Source of the DNA: Candidatus Saccharimonadota bacterium
GTDB lineage: Bacteria; Patescibacteriota; Saccharimonadia; Saccharimonadales; UBA4665
DNA length: 32,000 nucleotides
Assembly: GCA_016699955.1 (NCBI GenBank)
Contig: CP064993.1
Location: 600,001-632,000, forward strand
Direction: 5' to 3'
Shown here piece by piece: positions 7,020 through 16,101 of the stretch. Each line of letters begins with the position of its first letter. Position 1 is the stretch's first letter. The notes under the pieces are model-generated. The model saw nothing but the letters and a program-made list of their open reading frames with translations, was not told where the DNA came from and made no database searches. A program made the translations under genes and the position numbers.

Positions 7020-8087
7020 ATGCCAAACAATTCAACAATAACAATGGACGACCTGCTGGCAGGTTCTGAGCTAAAACAGCTTGAAACTGGAGACGTGGTT
7101 GAAGGAACAATTAGTTCTGTCCGTAAACATCAGGTCTGGATAGACTTGGGGCCGCGCGGTGTCGGGATTGTCATGCGCCGAGAGGTTGGGCATGGCCAGT
7201 CGCTCGAAGAAGGATCGCCGGTCACCGTTAGTATAATCGACCCCGAAATGGACGAAGGCTACGCCTTGCTCAGTATGCGCCGAGCGGCCAAAGATCGCGG
7301 CTGGGATGAACTCCAGCGCGTGTTTGAAGCCGGCGAGATTATTGAGGTTCAAGCCTACGATGCTAATCGTGGGGGTCTTCTGGTGGAACTGGAAGGTATT
7401 CGCGGCTTTTTGCCAGTTTCTCAGTTGGCAGCAGGGCATTATCCTCGTGTAAGTGGGGCAGATAAGGATGAAATCTTACAGAAGCTCAACTCGCTCACCG
7501 CTCAACCGCTAAGAGTTCGTATTTTGGACGTTAGTCGTAAAGACAACAAGCTCATTTTTTCCGAAAAAGAAGCCGTCAAAGATGACATGCAAGCTAGGTT
7601 TGCTGAACTGAAAGTTGGTGATGAGGTTGAAGGTATTGTGACTGGAGTGATTGACTTTGGTGCATTTATGAACGTGGACGGCATAGAAGGGCTCATTCAC
7701 ATCAGCGAAATCAGCTGGGAGCGCGTTGAGAATCCACGTGACTACGTAAAAGTGGGTGCAACCGTAAAGGCAAAAATTATTGCTATCGACAAAGATCGTC
7801 TTAGCCTTAGCCTCAAGCAAATGAGTGAAGACCCTTGGCTGAAGGAAGTTAAATCTTTCAAGAAGGGCGATAAAGTCGAAGGCAAGATTACGCGCATAAC
7901 ACCGTTTGGTGCTTTCGTACAGCTAAGCTCCAGTGTGGAAGCGCTAGTACATGTAAGCGAAATGGGCGACGACGAAAGTGTTGATCCCGAGAAAATTTTC
8001 CAGCTTAACGAAAAGAAAACGTTCAAAGTTCTTGATATAGACACTGAAGCACGCAAGATTTCCTTGAGTCTTAAAAGTGTTAAATAA
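7020..8087 (+). CDS. rpsA: 30S ribosomal protein S1 (short, four S1 domains)
   Basis: AAGGAGG lies at 7001-7007. S1/OB motifs repeat four times: GDVVEGTISSV..VWIDLG, GEIIEVQAYD..GGLLVEL, GDEVEGIVTGVIDFGAFMNV and GDKVEGKITRITPFGAFVQL. Confidence 0.9.
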   Translation: MPNNSTITMDDLLAGSELKQLETGDVVEGTISSVRKHQVWIDLGPRGVGIVMRREVGHGQSLEEGSPVTVSIIDPEMDEGYALLSMRRAAKDRGWDELQRVFEAGEIIEVQAYDANRGGLLVELEGIRGFLPVSQLAAGHYPRVSGADKDEILQKLNSLTAQPLRVRILDVSRKDNKLIFSEKEAVKDDMQARFAELKVGDEVEGIVTGVIDFGAFMNVDGIEGLIHISEISWERVENPRDYVKVGATVKAKIIAIDKDRLSLSLKQMSEDPWLKEVKSFKKGDKVEGKITRITPFGAFVQLSSSVEALVHVSEMGDDESVDPEKIFQLNEKKTFKVLDIDTEARKISLSLKSVK

Positions 8088-8130
8088 GTCCGCACGCTAA
8101 GCGAGAGTGGTCAGAAAGGAGCATACCGAA

Positions 8131-9897
8131 ATGGCAGCACAAATTGAATTGCCAGAAAACGTTACCGTCGGCGAATTGGCGGAAGTGCTTCAGCTGCCCG
8201 CGACCCGACTTATAGGCGAGCTTTTTAAGAACGGCATCATCGCTACCATAAATGAACGGCTTGATTTTGATACGGCACAAATAATTGTTGGAGAACTTGG
8301 TCTTGATGTAGTCCTTGTGCGCAAAGTCGTTGAGGCTGACTTGCCGCAGCGTAAAAAATATGCGCCTACCGCCAGTTCTGTTGATCGCCCACCCGTTGTT
8401 GCGGTTATGGGGCATGTTGACCATGGCAAAACCAGTCTACTCGATGCCATTCGTGGCGCGCAGGTTGCAAAGGGAGAGGCCGGTGGGATCACTCAGCACA
8501 TTTCAGCCTACCAGATTGAACATAAAAACCGTGCCATCACATTTCTCGACACGCCTGGCCACGAAGCATTTGCCGCCATCCGCCAGCATGGCGCTGATTT
8601 GACAGATATTGTCATAATTGTCGTCGCCGCGGACGATGGTGTGAAGCCCCAAACTGTTGAGGCAATACGCTATGCGAAAAATGCTGGGACGAAAATTGTA
8701 GTAGCTATAAATAAAATGGACAAAGAGGGTGCAAACACCGGGCTTGTTATGGGTCAGTTGGCCGAACATGGTGTAGTGGCAGACGATAAAGCGTGGGGCG
8801 GTGATGTGCCGATGGTTGAGGTTAGTGCCAAAACAGGTAGTGGGCTCGAAAATCTGCTTGATACAGTTTTGCTTGTGGCCGATATAGATGAGCTGAAGGC
8901 CGACCCGACCGTTCCCGCCCAGGGCTTAATTATCGAGGCACACATCGAACACGGCCGTGGCCCAATAGCTCACGCGCTGGTTGAGGAGGGGACACTCCAA
9001 GCCGGCCAATTTGTTCTTGCGGGTGGTACGTATGCTAAAGTTAGAAACCTCGAATCGACCAGTGGCATACCTATCAAATCCGCCGGCCCCTCTACGCCAG
9101 TTGTCATAAGTGGTTTCAAAACATTGCCTGAGTTTGGCGATAAGTTTGAGACAGTGACTCAAGAGCGTGAAGCTCGGGAACGATCCGCAGTGGTTGCTAC
9201 GGAGCGCGCGCATGGTACAAATCGAAGCGACATGAGCAGTAGCGAGCTTCTACGCATCATAAGCCGCACCGACAAGCTCCAGGAACTGCCTATTATCATT
9301 AAAGCAGACGTTCAGGGGTCGCTCACATCTGTTGCGGACAGCCTGAAGAGTATTGGTACGGAAGAAGTCGCCGTTAGAGTCGCAAGCTCCAGTGTGGGCG
9401 TTGTAAACGACAATGACATTCATCTTGCTCGCAGCACAGGGGCAATTCTTTACGGTTTCAATACCAGTGTGGCCAATAATATCAAACGCCTCGCAAACCG
9501 TGACAAGGTTTCAATACGCCTTTACAACGTCATATACGAGCTGATAGACGACGTAAAGGATGAACTGAGTAAGCTGCTTGCCCCCGAAGTTACCGAAAAA
9601 GAAATGGGAACATTACTGCTAAAAGGCGTCTTTAAGACAACCAAAACAGAGATTATATGCGGCGGCGAAGTACAAAGCGGTAAGCTTACTGTGCCGGCTT
9701 TAGTACGTTTGAAAAGGGGTAAAGAACAGATTGGCTTGGCCACTTTGAAAGGTTTAAAGCGCGGACCCAATGCAGCGAACGATCTGGTAGAAGGTGAATT
9801 AGGCGGGCTTGAACTAGAAACCACTAGTCGTGTTGAATTACAACTTGGCGATAAACTTGAATTTTACGTTGTAGAGACGAAGGAAAGGACGTTATAA
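8131..9897 (+). CDS. infB: Translation initiation factor IF-2 (short N-terminus)
   Basis: AAAGGAG (8115-8121) lies 9 nt before the ATG at 8131. GTPase motifs [13 protein letters not shown] and NKMD are present. The ORF-track start at 8107 is an upstream GTG located before the SD. Confidence 0.92.
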   Translation: MAAQIELPENVTVGELAEVLQLPATRLIGELFKNGIIATINERLDFDTAQIIVGELGLDVVLVRKVVEADLPQRKKYAPTASSVDRPPVVAVMGHVDHGKTSLLDAIRGAQVAKGEAGGITQHISAYQIEHKNRAITFLDTPGHEAFAAIRQHGADLTDIVIIVVAADDGVKPQTVEAIRYAKNAGTKIVVAINKMDKEGANTGLVMGQLAEHGVVADDKAWGGDVPMVEVSAKTGSGLENLLDTVLLVADIDELKADPTVPAQGLIIEAHIEHGRGPIAHALVEEGTLQAGQFVLAGGTYAKVRNLESTSGIPIKSAGPSTPVVISGFKTLPEFGDKFETVTQEREARERSAVVATERAHGTNRSDMSSSELLRIISRTDKLQELPIIIKADVQGSLTSVADSLKSIGTEEVAVRVASSSVGVVNDNDIHLARSTGAILYGFNTSVANNIKRLANRDKVSIRLYNVIYELIDDVKDELSKLLAPEVTEKEMGTLLLKGVFKTTKTEIICGGEVQSGKLTVPALVRLKRGKEQIGLATLKGLKRGPNAANDLVEGELGGLELETTSRVELQLGDKLEFYVVETKERTL

Positions 9898-9904
9898 TAC
9901 AGTC

Positions 9905-10492
9905 ATGTTAAAGCTTGATAACAATCTCTTAGCAGAACTTGGTCTGGGTAGCTTGCCTGAAGATCAGAAGAAGGCTATGCTACAGCACATTTATGAAACT
10001 CTTGAGCTTCGTGTCGGCACCCAGCTGGCAAACCAAATGACTGATAAACAACTTGAAGAGTTCGAGCGCTTTATAGATGCTGGCGGCGACCAAAATCAAG
10101 CGCAAGCGCTTCAGTGGCTTGAGTCCAACCTGCCTAACTACAAACAGGTTGTAAATGATGTGTTTGAGGCTTTGAAAGTTGAGATCAAAGGCATGGCGCC
10201 GCAAATTGTAGCTACAGCCCAGCAACAACCAGCCGTGGGACAGCCCCAAGATGCTTCGCAGCAGGCCTATACGCAGCCCTACCAACAGCCACAAGTCGCC
10301 CAAGCTTCGCAGCCCTCAGCGACGACGCAAAGCTATACCGTTGTCGAACCTACAGCAGATGAGCAAAAAACCATCCAGCTTTACCTTGAGAATAATTATC
10401 AAGACGTTGCGATGGTCGTTGACAGTAATGGTCAGCGCCTGCTCCGTTCCCGCGCCCCGCTTGACTCTAACCCCACCTACAAATCACTTTAG
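9905..10492 (+). CDS. Hypothetical protein: helical N-terminal domain, Q/P-rich low-complexity linker and a small C-terminal domain
   Basis: The ORF starts 8 nt after the infB stop. The linker reads QQQPAVGQPQDASQQAYTQPYQQPQVAQASQP. No catalytic motif was recognised. Confidence 0.6.
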   Translation: MLKLDNNLLAELGLGSLPEDQKKAMLQHIYETLELRVGTQLANQMTDKQLEEFERFIDAGGDQNQAQALQWLESNLPNYKQVVNDVFEALKVEIKGMAPQIVATAQQQPAVGQPQDASQQAYTQPYQQPQVAQASQPSATTQSYTVVEPTADEQKTIQLYLENNYQDVAMVVDSNGQRLLRSRAPLDSNPTYKSL

Positions 10493-10654
10493 AAAATCTG
10501 TAAATCCAGATGTCTCGAGCTTCCCACCCCTGAACACTACTTCGTTTTCGCTCGTTAGGGATTGAAGCCGCTAACAGCGGTGTTTAATTGAGCTGGGTTA
10601 ATTAGAGTAATCAAGATTGAGGCAAGCCGGTGTAGGGCTTACCAAATGTTTGCT

Positions 10655-10731
10655 TGGTGGAGTATGGCGGAGTCGAACCGCCGACCTCGGCAATGCGAAT
10701 GCCGCGCTCTAGCCAACTGAGCTAATACCCC
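10655..10731 (-). tRNA. tRNA-Ala (anticodon CGC), CCA encoded
   Basis: The reverse complement reads GGGGTATTAGCTCAGTTGGCTAGAGCGCGGCATTCGCATTGCCGAGGTCGGCGGTTCGACTCCGCCATACTCCACCA. The 7-bp acceptor stem carries the G3:U70 Ala identity pair. The anticodon stem is CGGCA/TGCCG with loop TTCGCAT, and the T-arm is GGCGG-TTCGACT-CCGCC. Confidence 0.95.
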
Positions 10732-10765
10732 AATCGGTGTCAGTATACCAGCAGTTTATCTCGGG

Positions 10766-11707
10766 TTAAAGCAGTCTTCCATAACCGGCTAAAAACGCGC
10801 TGGCGGGCATGGCGGTTTTGCCGGCAGGTATGAGTGTGTCAACGACAAGGATGCCGTCCGCCGTCTGCAGGCATAGTTGTTTGTCGGCAACAAACGTTGC
10901 TTTATTATCAACGTTTTCTAAGGAGTTATTTGCGACATGAGCGGCAGTAATGACTACATCTTTTCCTGCTATGGCCGTACGGCTCCCTGGCCACCCAATG
11001 TATGCGCGGACCTCACGTTCGAGTTGCACGGCTGGTTTCTGCAAGTCAATTACGCCGTCCTGTTTACTGATGCGTTTGTCGTATGTTGCGTTGGCTTCCT
11101 TTTGGGGCACAGGCTTGATTTCGCCGTTTAGTATACCTGGCAAAAGCTGTCGCAATCTATCCGATCCAATGTTTAGTAAAGCACTGGCAAGTGTTAGTTT
11201 TGATTCATCTCCATTCAGTTTTAGCTCGCTCAAATCAAAGAGTGGCCCTGCGTCCATTGTTGCTGAAAGTAGCATAAGACAAACGCCAGTTGTTGGATCG
11301 CCGCTAAGCAGGGTACTCTCAATAGGAGTTGATCCTCGGTGCTTAGGTAACAAAGATGGATGAACATTGATGATACCCCACGGGAATATGTCAATAATAT
11401 TCTGGGGAATAAGCTGCCCAAAAGCTACCAGCACACCTATTGCAGCATTGAATGCGACGAGCTCCGGGGTTATATCGGCAATCTTATGTGGCTTAAAAAC
11501 AGGAATATCATGCTCAACAGCGATTGTTTCCACGGCAAAGTGTCTCAGTTTTCGAGAACGGGACTCGTTATCATTGAGTACTACGGCAGCAACATCGTAG
11601 CCATTACCGAGTAGCATCCGTAGAATGGGCGCATCTGAATTAACGCCAGTGGCAATACATTCATTACCAAAATAAATGATTCGCTTGTTAGTCCCAGAGG
11701 TCGGCAT
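10766..11707 (-). CDS. fmt: Methionyl-tRNA formyltransferase
   Basis: It contains the motif NVHPSLLPKHRGSTPIESTLLSGD and follows def in the classical def-fmt arrangement. Its start overlaps the def stop by 20 nt. Confidence 0.9.
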   Translation of the reverse strand: MPTSGTNKRIIYFGNECIATGVNSDAPILRMLLGNGYDVAAVVLNDNESRSRKLRHFAVETIAVEHDIPVFKPHKIADITPELVAFNAAIGVLVAFGQLIPQNIIDIFPWGIINVHPSLLPKHRGSTPIESTLLSGDPTTGVCLMLLSATMDAGPLFDLSELKLNGDESKLTLASALLNIGSDRLRQLLPGILNGEIKPVPQKEANATYDKRISKQDGVIDLQKPAVQLEREVRAYIGWPGSRTAIAGKDVVITAAHVANNSLENVDNKATFVADKQLCLQTADGILVVDTLIPAGKTAMPASAFLAGYGRLL

Positions 11708-12260
11708 TGTTTTTTATGTCTTTCTCATAGTCTTTTGGCTCCAATTTACCTTCGCTAGTTAGGGTAAAAAATGCCTTCTCATCATTTTTGATATGGTCTA
11801 TAAACACGATGCCGTTTGTGTGGTCTATTTCGTGCTGAAATACCCGGGCCAAAAACCCCTCGACCGTAAGGCGCACTTCTTTACCGTTGAGACCGAGTGC
11901 TTTTACGCGAACCTTGCTGTGCCGTGGTACTAGGCCGTATACATTTTTTATACTTAGGCAGCCCTCGTAGTCGGCAATAATCTCGCCTTCATACTTAGTA
12001 ATTTCTGGGTTGATAAAGACCTGGAATGTCCGATCGGTTTTGTCATCAAAGTTATTGCGTATGACAACGGCACGCCACAGCTCGTCAATTTGCACAGCCG
12101 CAAGAGCCACGCCAACTTCATGATCACGTCCATCCTCCCATTCGAGTGTTGCCGCTTGCATGTTAGCTATTAGCTGTCTAACTTCGTCACCCACAAATCC
12201 AATTTTTTTACTTCTTTCTCGTAAGTGCGAGTTTGGAAGTGTAATAAGAGTTTTGTTCAT
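11688..12260 (-). CDS. def: Peptide deformylase
   Basis: Motifs GVALAAVQI, EGCLS and QHEIDHTNG are present. The start is chosen at ATG 12260 (MNKTLITLP...). The ORF-track start at 12335 adds 25 atypical residues. Confidence 0.9.
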   Translation of the reverse strand: MNKTLITLPNSHLRERSKKIGFVGDEVRQLIANMQAATLEWEDGRDHEVGVALAAVQIDELWRAVVIRNNFDDKTDRTFQVFINPEITKYEGEIIADYEGCLSIKNVYGLVPRHSKVRVKALGLNGKEVRLTVEGFLARVFQHEIDHTNGIVFIDHIKNDEKAFFTLTSEGKLEPKDYEKDIKNNADLWD

Positions 12261-12367
12261 GCGCCCTAGTATATCAGATGATAGCCGTGGGGGTGCCTTG
12301 CAACTGCGGCGGATAGTGGTGCGGTGCCGCACCACCCTAGCTAAGATTCTACTGCGGTGACAGGGGG

Positions 12368-14326
12368 CTATAGTAAATTAACTGGGTCGAGATCGTGAGT
12401 CCAGCCACTTGGAAGGCTGGACGCTATATCGACGAGAACTTGGCGGGATGTACTTTTTACGATGAGCTGCCACTTGTATTTGCCACTTTCCCTAGGATGG
12501 AAAGCTGGAGACGGTCCTTCAACGTTTAACTTGGGATGGTCTTTCTGTATCTGTCCGCTTAACTTCATTGCTGTTTTTTCAGCCGAGCCGTTGGTTGCGC
12601 GTAGGCAGGTCAGTTTGAGTAGGTATACAAAAGGAGGGAACTTAAATGATTTTCGCTCGGCGAGTTCAGATTCATAAAAAGTAGACCAGTTTTTATGGAT
12701 GGCTGCTTGTAGTGTGGGGTGGTTGGGGTTGTAGCTTTGTATGACAACTGTACCATCGCCGTGTCCACGGGCGGTTCGGCCAAAAACTTGTGTGAGAAGT
12801 TGAAACGTTCGTTCATTCGCCGTGTAGTCGGGTATGAGCAGGCTGGCATCGGCATTAAGTACGCCTACGACGGTGAGCTTGGGCAAATCAAGGCCTTTCG
12901 TAATCATTTGGGTGCCGATGATGATGTCTACATCGCCGGCTTGCAAAGTATCAAGCTGGGTCTCAAGCTGCTCGGCTTTTGCGGTGTCGGTGTCAAAGCG
13001 GCTCACTCTGGCCTGCGGGAATAGTCGTTTCACTTCTGCCACAACAGCTTTAGTGCCGATGGTTTTGAGTACAATATCAGTTTCGCCGCATTCGGGGCAG
13101 CTACTGGGGAGTGGCCGTGTGCGGCCGCAAATGTGGCAGCGCATAGCGTGATGGTCGCCGTGGTAGGTAAGTGAGAGGTCGCAGTTATTACACAAAGCTC
13201 TCCAGCCACAAGCAGCACATAGCACTGCTCCAGCCGTTCCCCGACGATTCAGGAAAAGCATGCTTTGGTTGCCGGTTTCAAGCGCATGTTGCAGTGCCTG
13301 CAGGAGCGGAGTCGATAGAATAGGGCTTCGTGTGAGTACGCTTCGGTCGCGCAGGTCGACTACCAAAGTTTCTGTCTCGGCTGTACGCTGAACGGCAAGC
13401 TCATGCAAAGATACGAGCGGCCGATTCTTAGCAGCTGCAAGGTAGTAATCTTCTACACTCGGGGTTGCGGATCCGCTGACCAGACAGGCGCCGTGTAACT
13501 GTGCGAGCTTGGCGGCAACTCGCTCTGTCCGGTAATGTGGTGCAGATTCGCTTTTGTATGCTTGATCGTGTGACTCGTCTATAACAATGAGACCAAGTTT
13601 CTGTACGGGTGCAAACAGTGCGGAGCGAGGGCCAATGACGACGACGGGTTTGTCGCTGCCGAGGATTTTGTACCAACTGTTTCGTCGCTGCGCGACTGTT
13701 TGCCGGGAATGCATTACGTGTACGCTGCCCGGGAATGAGCCTTCAAAAGTCCCGACTAGCTGAGCGGTAAGACCAATTTCTGGCGTGAGCACGATAGCGG
13801 ACTTACCAGCTCCAAGTGATCGTTTTGCTAGCTCTACATACAACCGCGTCTTACCACTGCCAGTGATGCCGTGCAAGAGGTGGTAGCCAGAGGAGCCAAT
13901 GTTTTTCAAGGCTTCGACTTGCGGGGGCGTGAGGGTGGGTAGCTTTTTGGAATGTGGAACAAGAGGTTCTGGGTGTGTGAGTGATTTTGCGCTCGGTGCG
14001 GGGGCGTTCGCCGTCTTCACAAAAGCGGTTGTGGGCGGCAGAAATTGGCGGATAACCGCACCAAAGGACGAAGGATAATACCCATAGAGCCAGTCAATTA
14101 GTTGGAGCGCCGCAGTAGGTAGCGGCTGGGCAGGTGCGGCGGCGGCAACGGGCTTGGCCGTAAATGTCGGCTCTGGTACTCGCCTAAAAACAATGCCGAG
14201 CACAGAGCGGTTACGCAAAGCAATTCTTACAACGGAACCTGGCAATAGCTCAGCGTCCGACGAATAGGTCAGGGCACTTTTGCCATGGTACTGCATATCC
14301 CCAACTAACACTTCATAATACCGCAC
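12368..14326 (-). CDS. priA: Primosomal protein N' (replication restart helicase PriA)
   Basis: It has Walker A GITGSGKT, DESHD, and a Cys-rich zinc-binding insert CAACG..CNNC..CHICG..CPECG. The preferred start is GTG 14326 (MRYYEVLVGD...). The ORF-track TTG at 14380 would translate a palindromic intergenic element. Confidence 0.88.
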   Translation of the reverse strand: MRYYEVLVGDMQYHGKSALTYSSDAELLPGSVVRIALRNRSVLGIVFRRVPEPTFTAKPVAAAAPAQPLPTAALQLIDWLYGYYPSSFGAVIRQFLPPTTAFVKTANAPAPSAKSLTHPEPLVPHSKKLPTLTPPQVEALKNIGSSGYHLLHGITGSGKTRLYVELAKRSLGAGKSAIVLTPEIGLTAQLVGTFEGSFPGSVHVMHSRQTVAQRRNSWYKILGSDKPVVVIGPRSALFAPVQKLGLIVIDESHDQAYKSESAPHYRTERVAAKLAQLHGACLVSGSATPSVEDYYLAAAKNRPLVSLHELAVQRTAETETLVVDLRDRSVLTRSPILSTPLLQALQHALETGNQSMLFLNRRGTAGAVLCAACGWRALCNNCDLSLTYHGDHHAMRCHICGRTRPLPSSCPECGETDIVLKTIGTKAVVAEVKRLFPQARVSRFDTDTAKAEQLETQLDTLQAGDVDIIIGTQMITKGLDLPKLTVVGVLNADASLLIPDYTANERTFQLLTQVFGRTARGHGDGTVVIQSYNPNHPTLQAAIHKNWSTFYESELAERKSFKFPPFVYLLKLTCLRATNGSAEKTAMKLSGQIQKDHPKLNVEGPSPAFHPRESGKYKWQLIVKSTSRQVLVDIASSLPSGWTHDLDPVNLL

Positions 14327-14350
14327 CCCTACAGTATAGCCTGCTTCGTT

Positions 14351-14427
14351 TGCGTCAGGGACGGACCCTGACGCGTACAAAAAGCAAACACTGCGTCAGG
14401 TTTGCGTCAGGGTCCGTCCTTGACGCA
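14351..14427. repeat. Two inverted copies of a 25-bp palindromic element plus one extra half-site, in the priA / wHTH-regulator divergent region
   Basis: P1 is TGCGTCAGGG-ACGGA-CCCTGACGC (14351-14375). The half-site is TGCGTCAGG (14392-14400). P2 is TGCGTCAGGG-TCCGT-CCTTGACGCA (14403-14427). P2 matches the reverse complement of P1 at 23 of 25 positions, including the loop. Confidence 0.8.
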
Positions 14428-14453
14428 GGTTGCCGGAGAGAGGAAAAAAGTTG

Positions 14454-14482
14454 TTGAAATACTAGACAAACGTTGTTATTAT
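14454..14482 (+). promoter_or_regulatory. Candidate promoter of the wHTH regulator gene
   Basis: TTGAAA (14454-14459), a 17-nt spacer, then TATTAT (14477-14482). Confidence 0.5.
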
Positions 14483-14545
14483 AGATGTACTACGTTGTCG
14501 TTCCGACAATATAAAGGCTTATGTAAAGGTAAGGGTACGGGGATT

Positions 14546-14833
14546 ATGCTAGACGTTTTCATCACCAGCCGAGTGCGCCGCAAGATTATTGTAATCTATG
14601 CCAAATATCCTGACTTCAAAACGCACGTACGTGGGCTAGCAAAGCTTATCAAGGAAGACGCCGGTAACATTCAGCGTGAGCTAAAGCGTCTTGAAAAAGC
14701 TGGTTTTCTCATGAGTGAAAAGCAGGGCAACACGAAGATATACCACACAAACAAGCAGTTCATCATCTTCAAAGAGCTTCAGTCTATTGTACTCAAAAGC
14801 CAGCGCACCCAGCAAAAACGCCATGTCAGCTAA
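14546..14833 (+). CDS. Small winged-helix (ArsR/MarR-like) transcriptional regulator, 95 aa
   Basis: From ATG 14546 the product reads MLDVFITSRVRRKIIVIYAKYPDFKTHVRGLAKLIKEDAGNIQRELKRLEKAGFLMSEKQGNTKIYHTN. This has the HTH plus wing pattern (recognition helix NIQRELKRLEKAGF, wing QGNTKIY). The upstream part of the ORF-track entry (from 14402) covers the palindromes and the promoter. Confidence 0.65.
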   Translation: MLDVFITSRVRRKIIVIYAKYPDFKTHVRGLAKLIKEDAGNIQRELKRLEKAGFLMSEKQGNTKIYHTNKQFIIFKELQSIVLKSQRTQQKRHVS

Positions 14834-14895
14834 AGCGGCTAAGTGCTACAGCCTAACAAGTTTTGCATAGCTCGGAGGACTAGCCCACGATATAT

Positions 14896-14924
14896 TTGAC
14901 AAAATGGTGTGTAGCTGATATACT
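14896..14924 (+). promoter_or_regulatory. Near-consensus promoter of the small ORF
   Basis: TTGACA (14896-14901), a 17-nt spacer, then TATACT (14919-14924), preceded by TG at 14916-14917 (extended -10). Confidence 0.7.
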
Positions 14925-14947
14925 ATAAATAGTAAGGAGATCGCTGT

Positions 14948-15103
14948 ATGCAAAATAATGGAATCACGGTGCGGGAACTGCCTTTATCAGAGGTATTACG
15001 TGGCCCGGACGATTTATTACGAACCGCGGGAAGAATGACTATGGATACTATAGGTGTGTATGGAAAATTAGCAGAACTAGGTGTTGCCGGCACATCGAGA
15101 TGA
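14948..15103 (+). CDS. Small hypothetical protein, 51 aa (below the ORF-track size cut-off)
   Basis: AAGGAG (14934-14939) lies 8 nt before the ATG at 14948; stop is TGA at 15101-15103. The product is MQNNGITVRELPLSEVLRGPDDLLRTAGRMTMDTIGVYGKLAELGVAGTSR. No family was recognised. Confidence 0.5.
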   Translation: MQNNGITVRELPLSEVLRGPDDLLRTAGRMTMDTIGVYGKLAELGVAGTSR

Positions 15104-15362
15104 TTTGAACAATCACCTGGTGCATTAGAAGCAAGTGACGACTAAGGAAGTCTTGGGTGAAGTGTGGACACGCTACCCTGTTACGCCAGCTTCTTCCGCC
15201 AAAAGCGCGGCCAACTTACATCGTCGGCGCTGATGGGCAGCTTCATCCAGGGCGGGCAGGCTCCAGAGGGGGCGCCGGGGGGCAGTGTTTCCCGACGCCG
15301 TATAAGGGCGAGGTTTTAATCACTTGTCTTCTAGTATTATTCAGTGTTATACTCCTACGGTT

Positions 15363-15578
15363 ATGATAGAAGTTACAAGAAAAGACGGGAAAGAAAGCGC
15401 CGAAAACTTGGTGCGTCGGTTTAATCGCCGTGTGCAACAGTCGGGACTTGTTATCGCCGTTAAAGCAGGCCAATATTTTGAAAAGCCACTGAGCAAGCGT
15501 GAGCGTCGCAGCAAGGCGATCATTCGTAATCAGCGTAAGGCTATCAAGCTGAAAAAAATTAAGCTTGGCCAAAAGTAA
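15363..15578 (+). CDS. rpsU: 30S ribosomal protein S21
   Basis: From ATG 15363 the product reads MIEVTRKDGKESAENLVRRFNRRVQQSG...KPLSKRERRSKAI, which is typical of S21. The ORF-track start at 15324 is an upstream extension. Confidence 0.9.
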   Translation: MIEVTRKDGKESAENLVRRFNRRVQQSGLVIAVKAGQYFEKPLSKRERRSKAIIRNQRKAIKLKKIKLGQK

Positions 15579-15590
15579 TAATCAGTTCTG

Positions 15591-16049
15591 ATGGGTAGCA
15601 TAAAACAGCGTCTCCAAGATGATGTGAAATCTGCCATGTTGGCTGGTGATTCTTTGCGTTTGGAGTGTTTGCGAGGCTTAAAAAGTGTCATATTGTATGC
15701 TGAGGTGGCAGCGGGCAAACGCGAAAATGGTTTGGATGACGATGAAATTCTAACGCTTTTTGCCAAGGAATCAAAAAAGCGCCAGGAGAGCTCAGATCTG
15801 TATGTACAAGGCGGTTCACAAGAACGGGCTGATAAAGAGTTGGCCGAAAAAGCAATTATCGAAGAGTACCTGCCTACGCAATTGAGTCAAACCGAGCTTG
15901 AGGCAATTATCGATGAAATTGTTTTCCAGGTAAAACCAGATGGGCTGCAACAGATGGGTCAAGTCATTGGCCAAGTGAAATCACAAGTCGGCAACACTGC
16001 CGATGGGTCAATAATAGCGGCGCTTGTTAAGGAAAGGTTGCAACCATGA
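15591..16049 (+). CDS. yqeY: GatB/YqeY-domain protein
   Basis: LQDDVKSAMLAGDSLRLECLRGLKSVI and EKAIIEEYLP are present. The rpsU-yqeY adjacency matches that seen in Firmicutes. Confidence 0.85.
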   Translation: MGSIKQRLQDDVKSAMLAGDSLRLECLRGLKSVILYAEVAAGKRENGLDDDEILTLFAKESKKRQESSDLYVQGGSQERADKELAEKAIIEEYLPTQLSQTELEAIIDEIVFQVKPDGLQQMGQVIGQVKSQVGNTADGSIIAALVKERLQP

Positions 16050-16101
16050 AATCAGTAATAATGAACTTCCAACTACCGGTAACATTACTGGAGGATAATC
16101 A

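Noticed and set aside
14351-14427. A guanidine-II (mini-ykkC) riboswitch, considered because the hairpin loops contain ACGG.
   Set aside because: The loops are 5 nt (ACGGA), not ACGR tetraloops. The two hairpins present ACGGA on opposite strands, and the flanking genes (priA, wHTH) are unrelated to guanidine export.
15101-15145. UGA read-through or recoding (code 25, as in some CPR lineages) that would extend the 51-aa ORF.
   Set aside because: TGA clearly terminates other genes here, for example at 1203-1205 and 5052-5054. All housekeeping ORFs are also intact under the standard code.
15140-15320. SRP (4.5S) RNA, RNase P RNA, tmRNA, or a ZTP or fluoride riboswitch in the GC-rich block.
   Set aside because: The minus strand has GGCGGAAGAAGCUGGC, which superficially resembles the SRP GGAAGGAAGCAGCC. 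However, the flanking bases cannot form the helix-8 hairpin and the AGCA loop is altered. No GAGGAAAGUCC (RNase P) and no GGUUCGA..CCA (tmRNA) is present. The riboswitch consensus blocks are absent or out of order.
15157-15572. ORFs 15157..15366 (plus strand) and 15243..15572 (minus strand).
   Set aside because: Their Gly/Pro/Arg-rich translations come from GC-rich DNA. They have no start signals, and the minus-strand ORF is antisense to rpsU.
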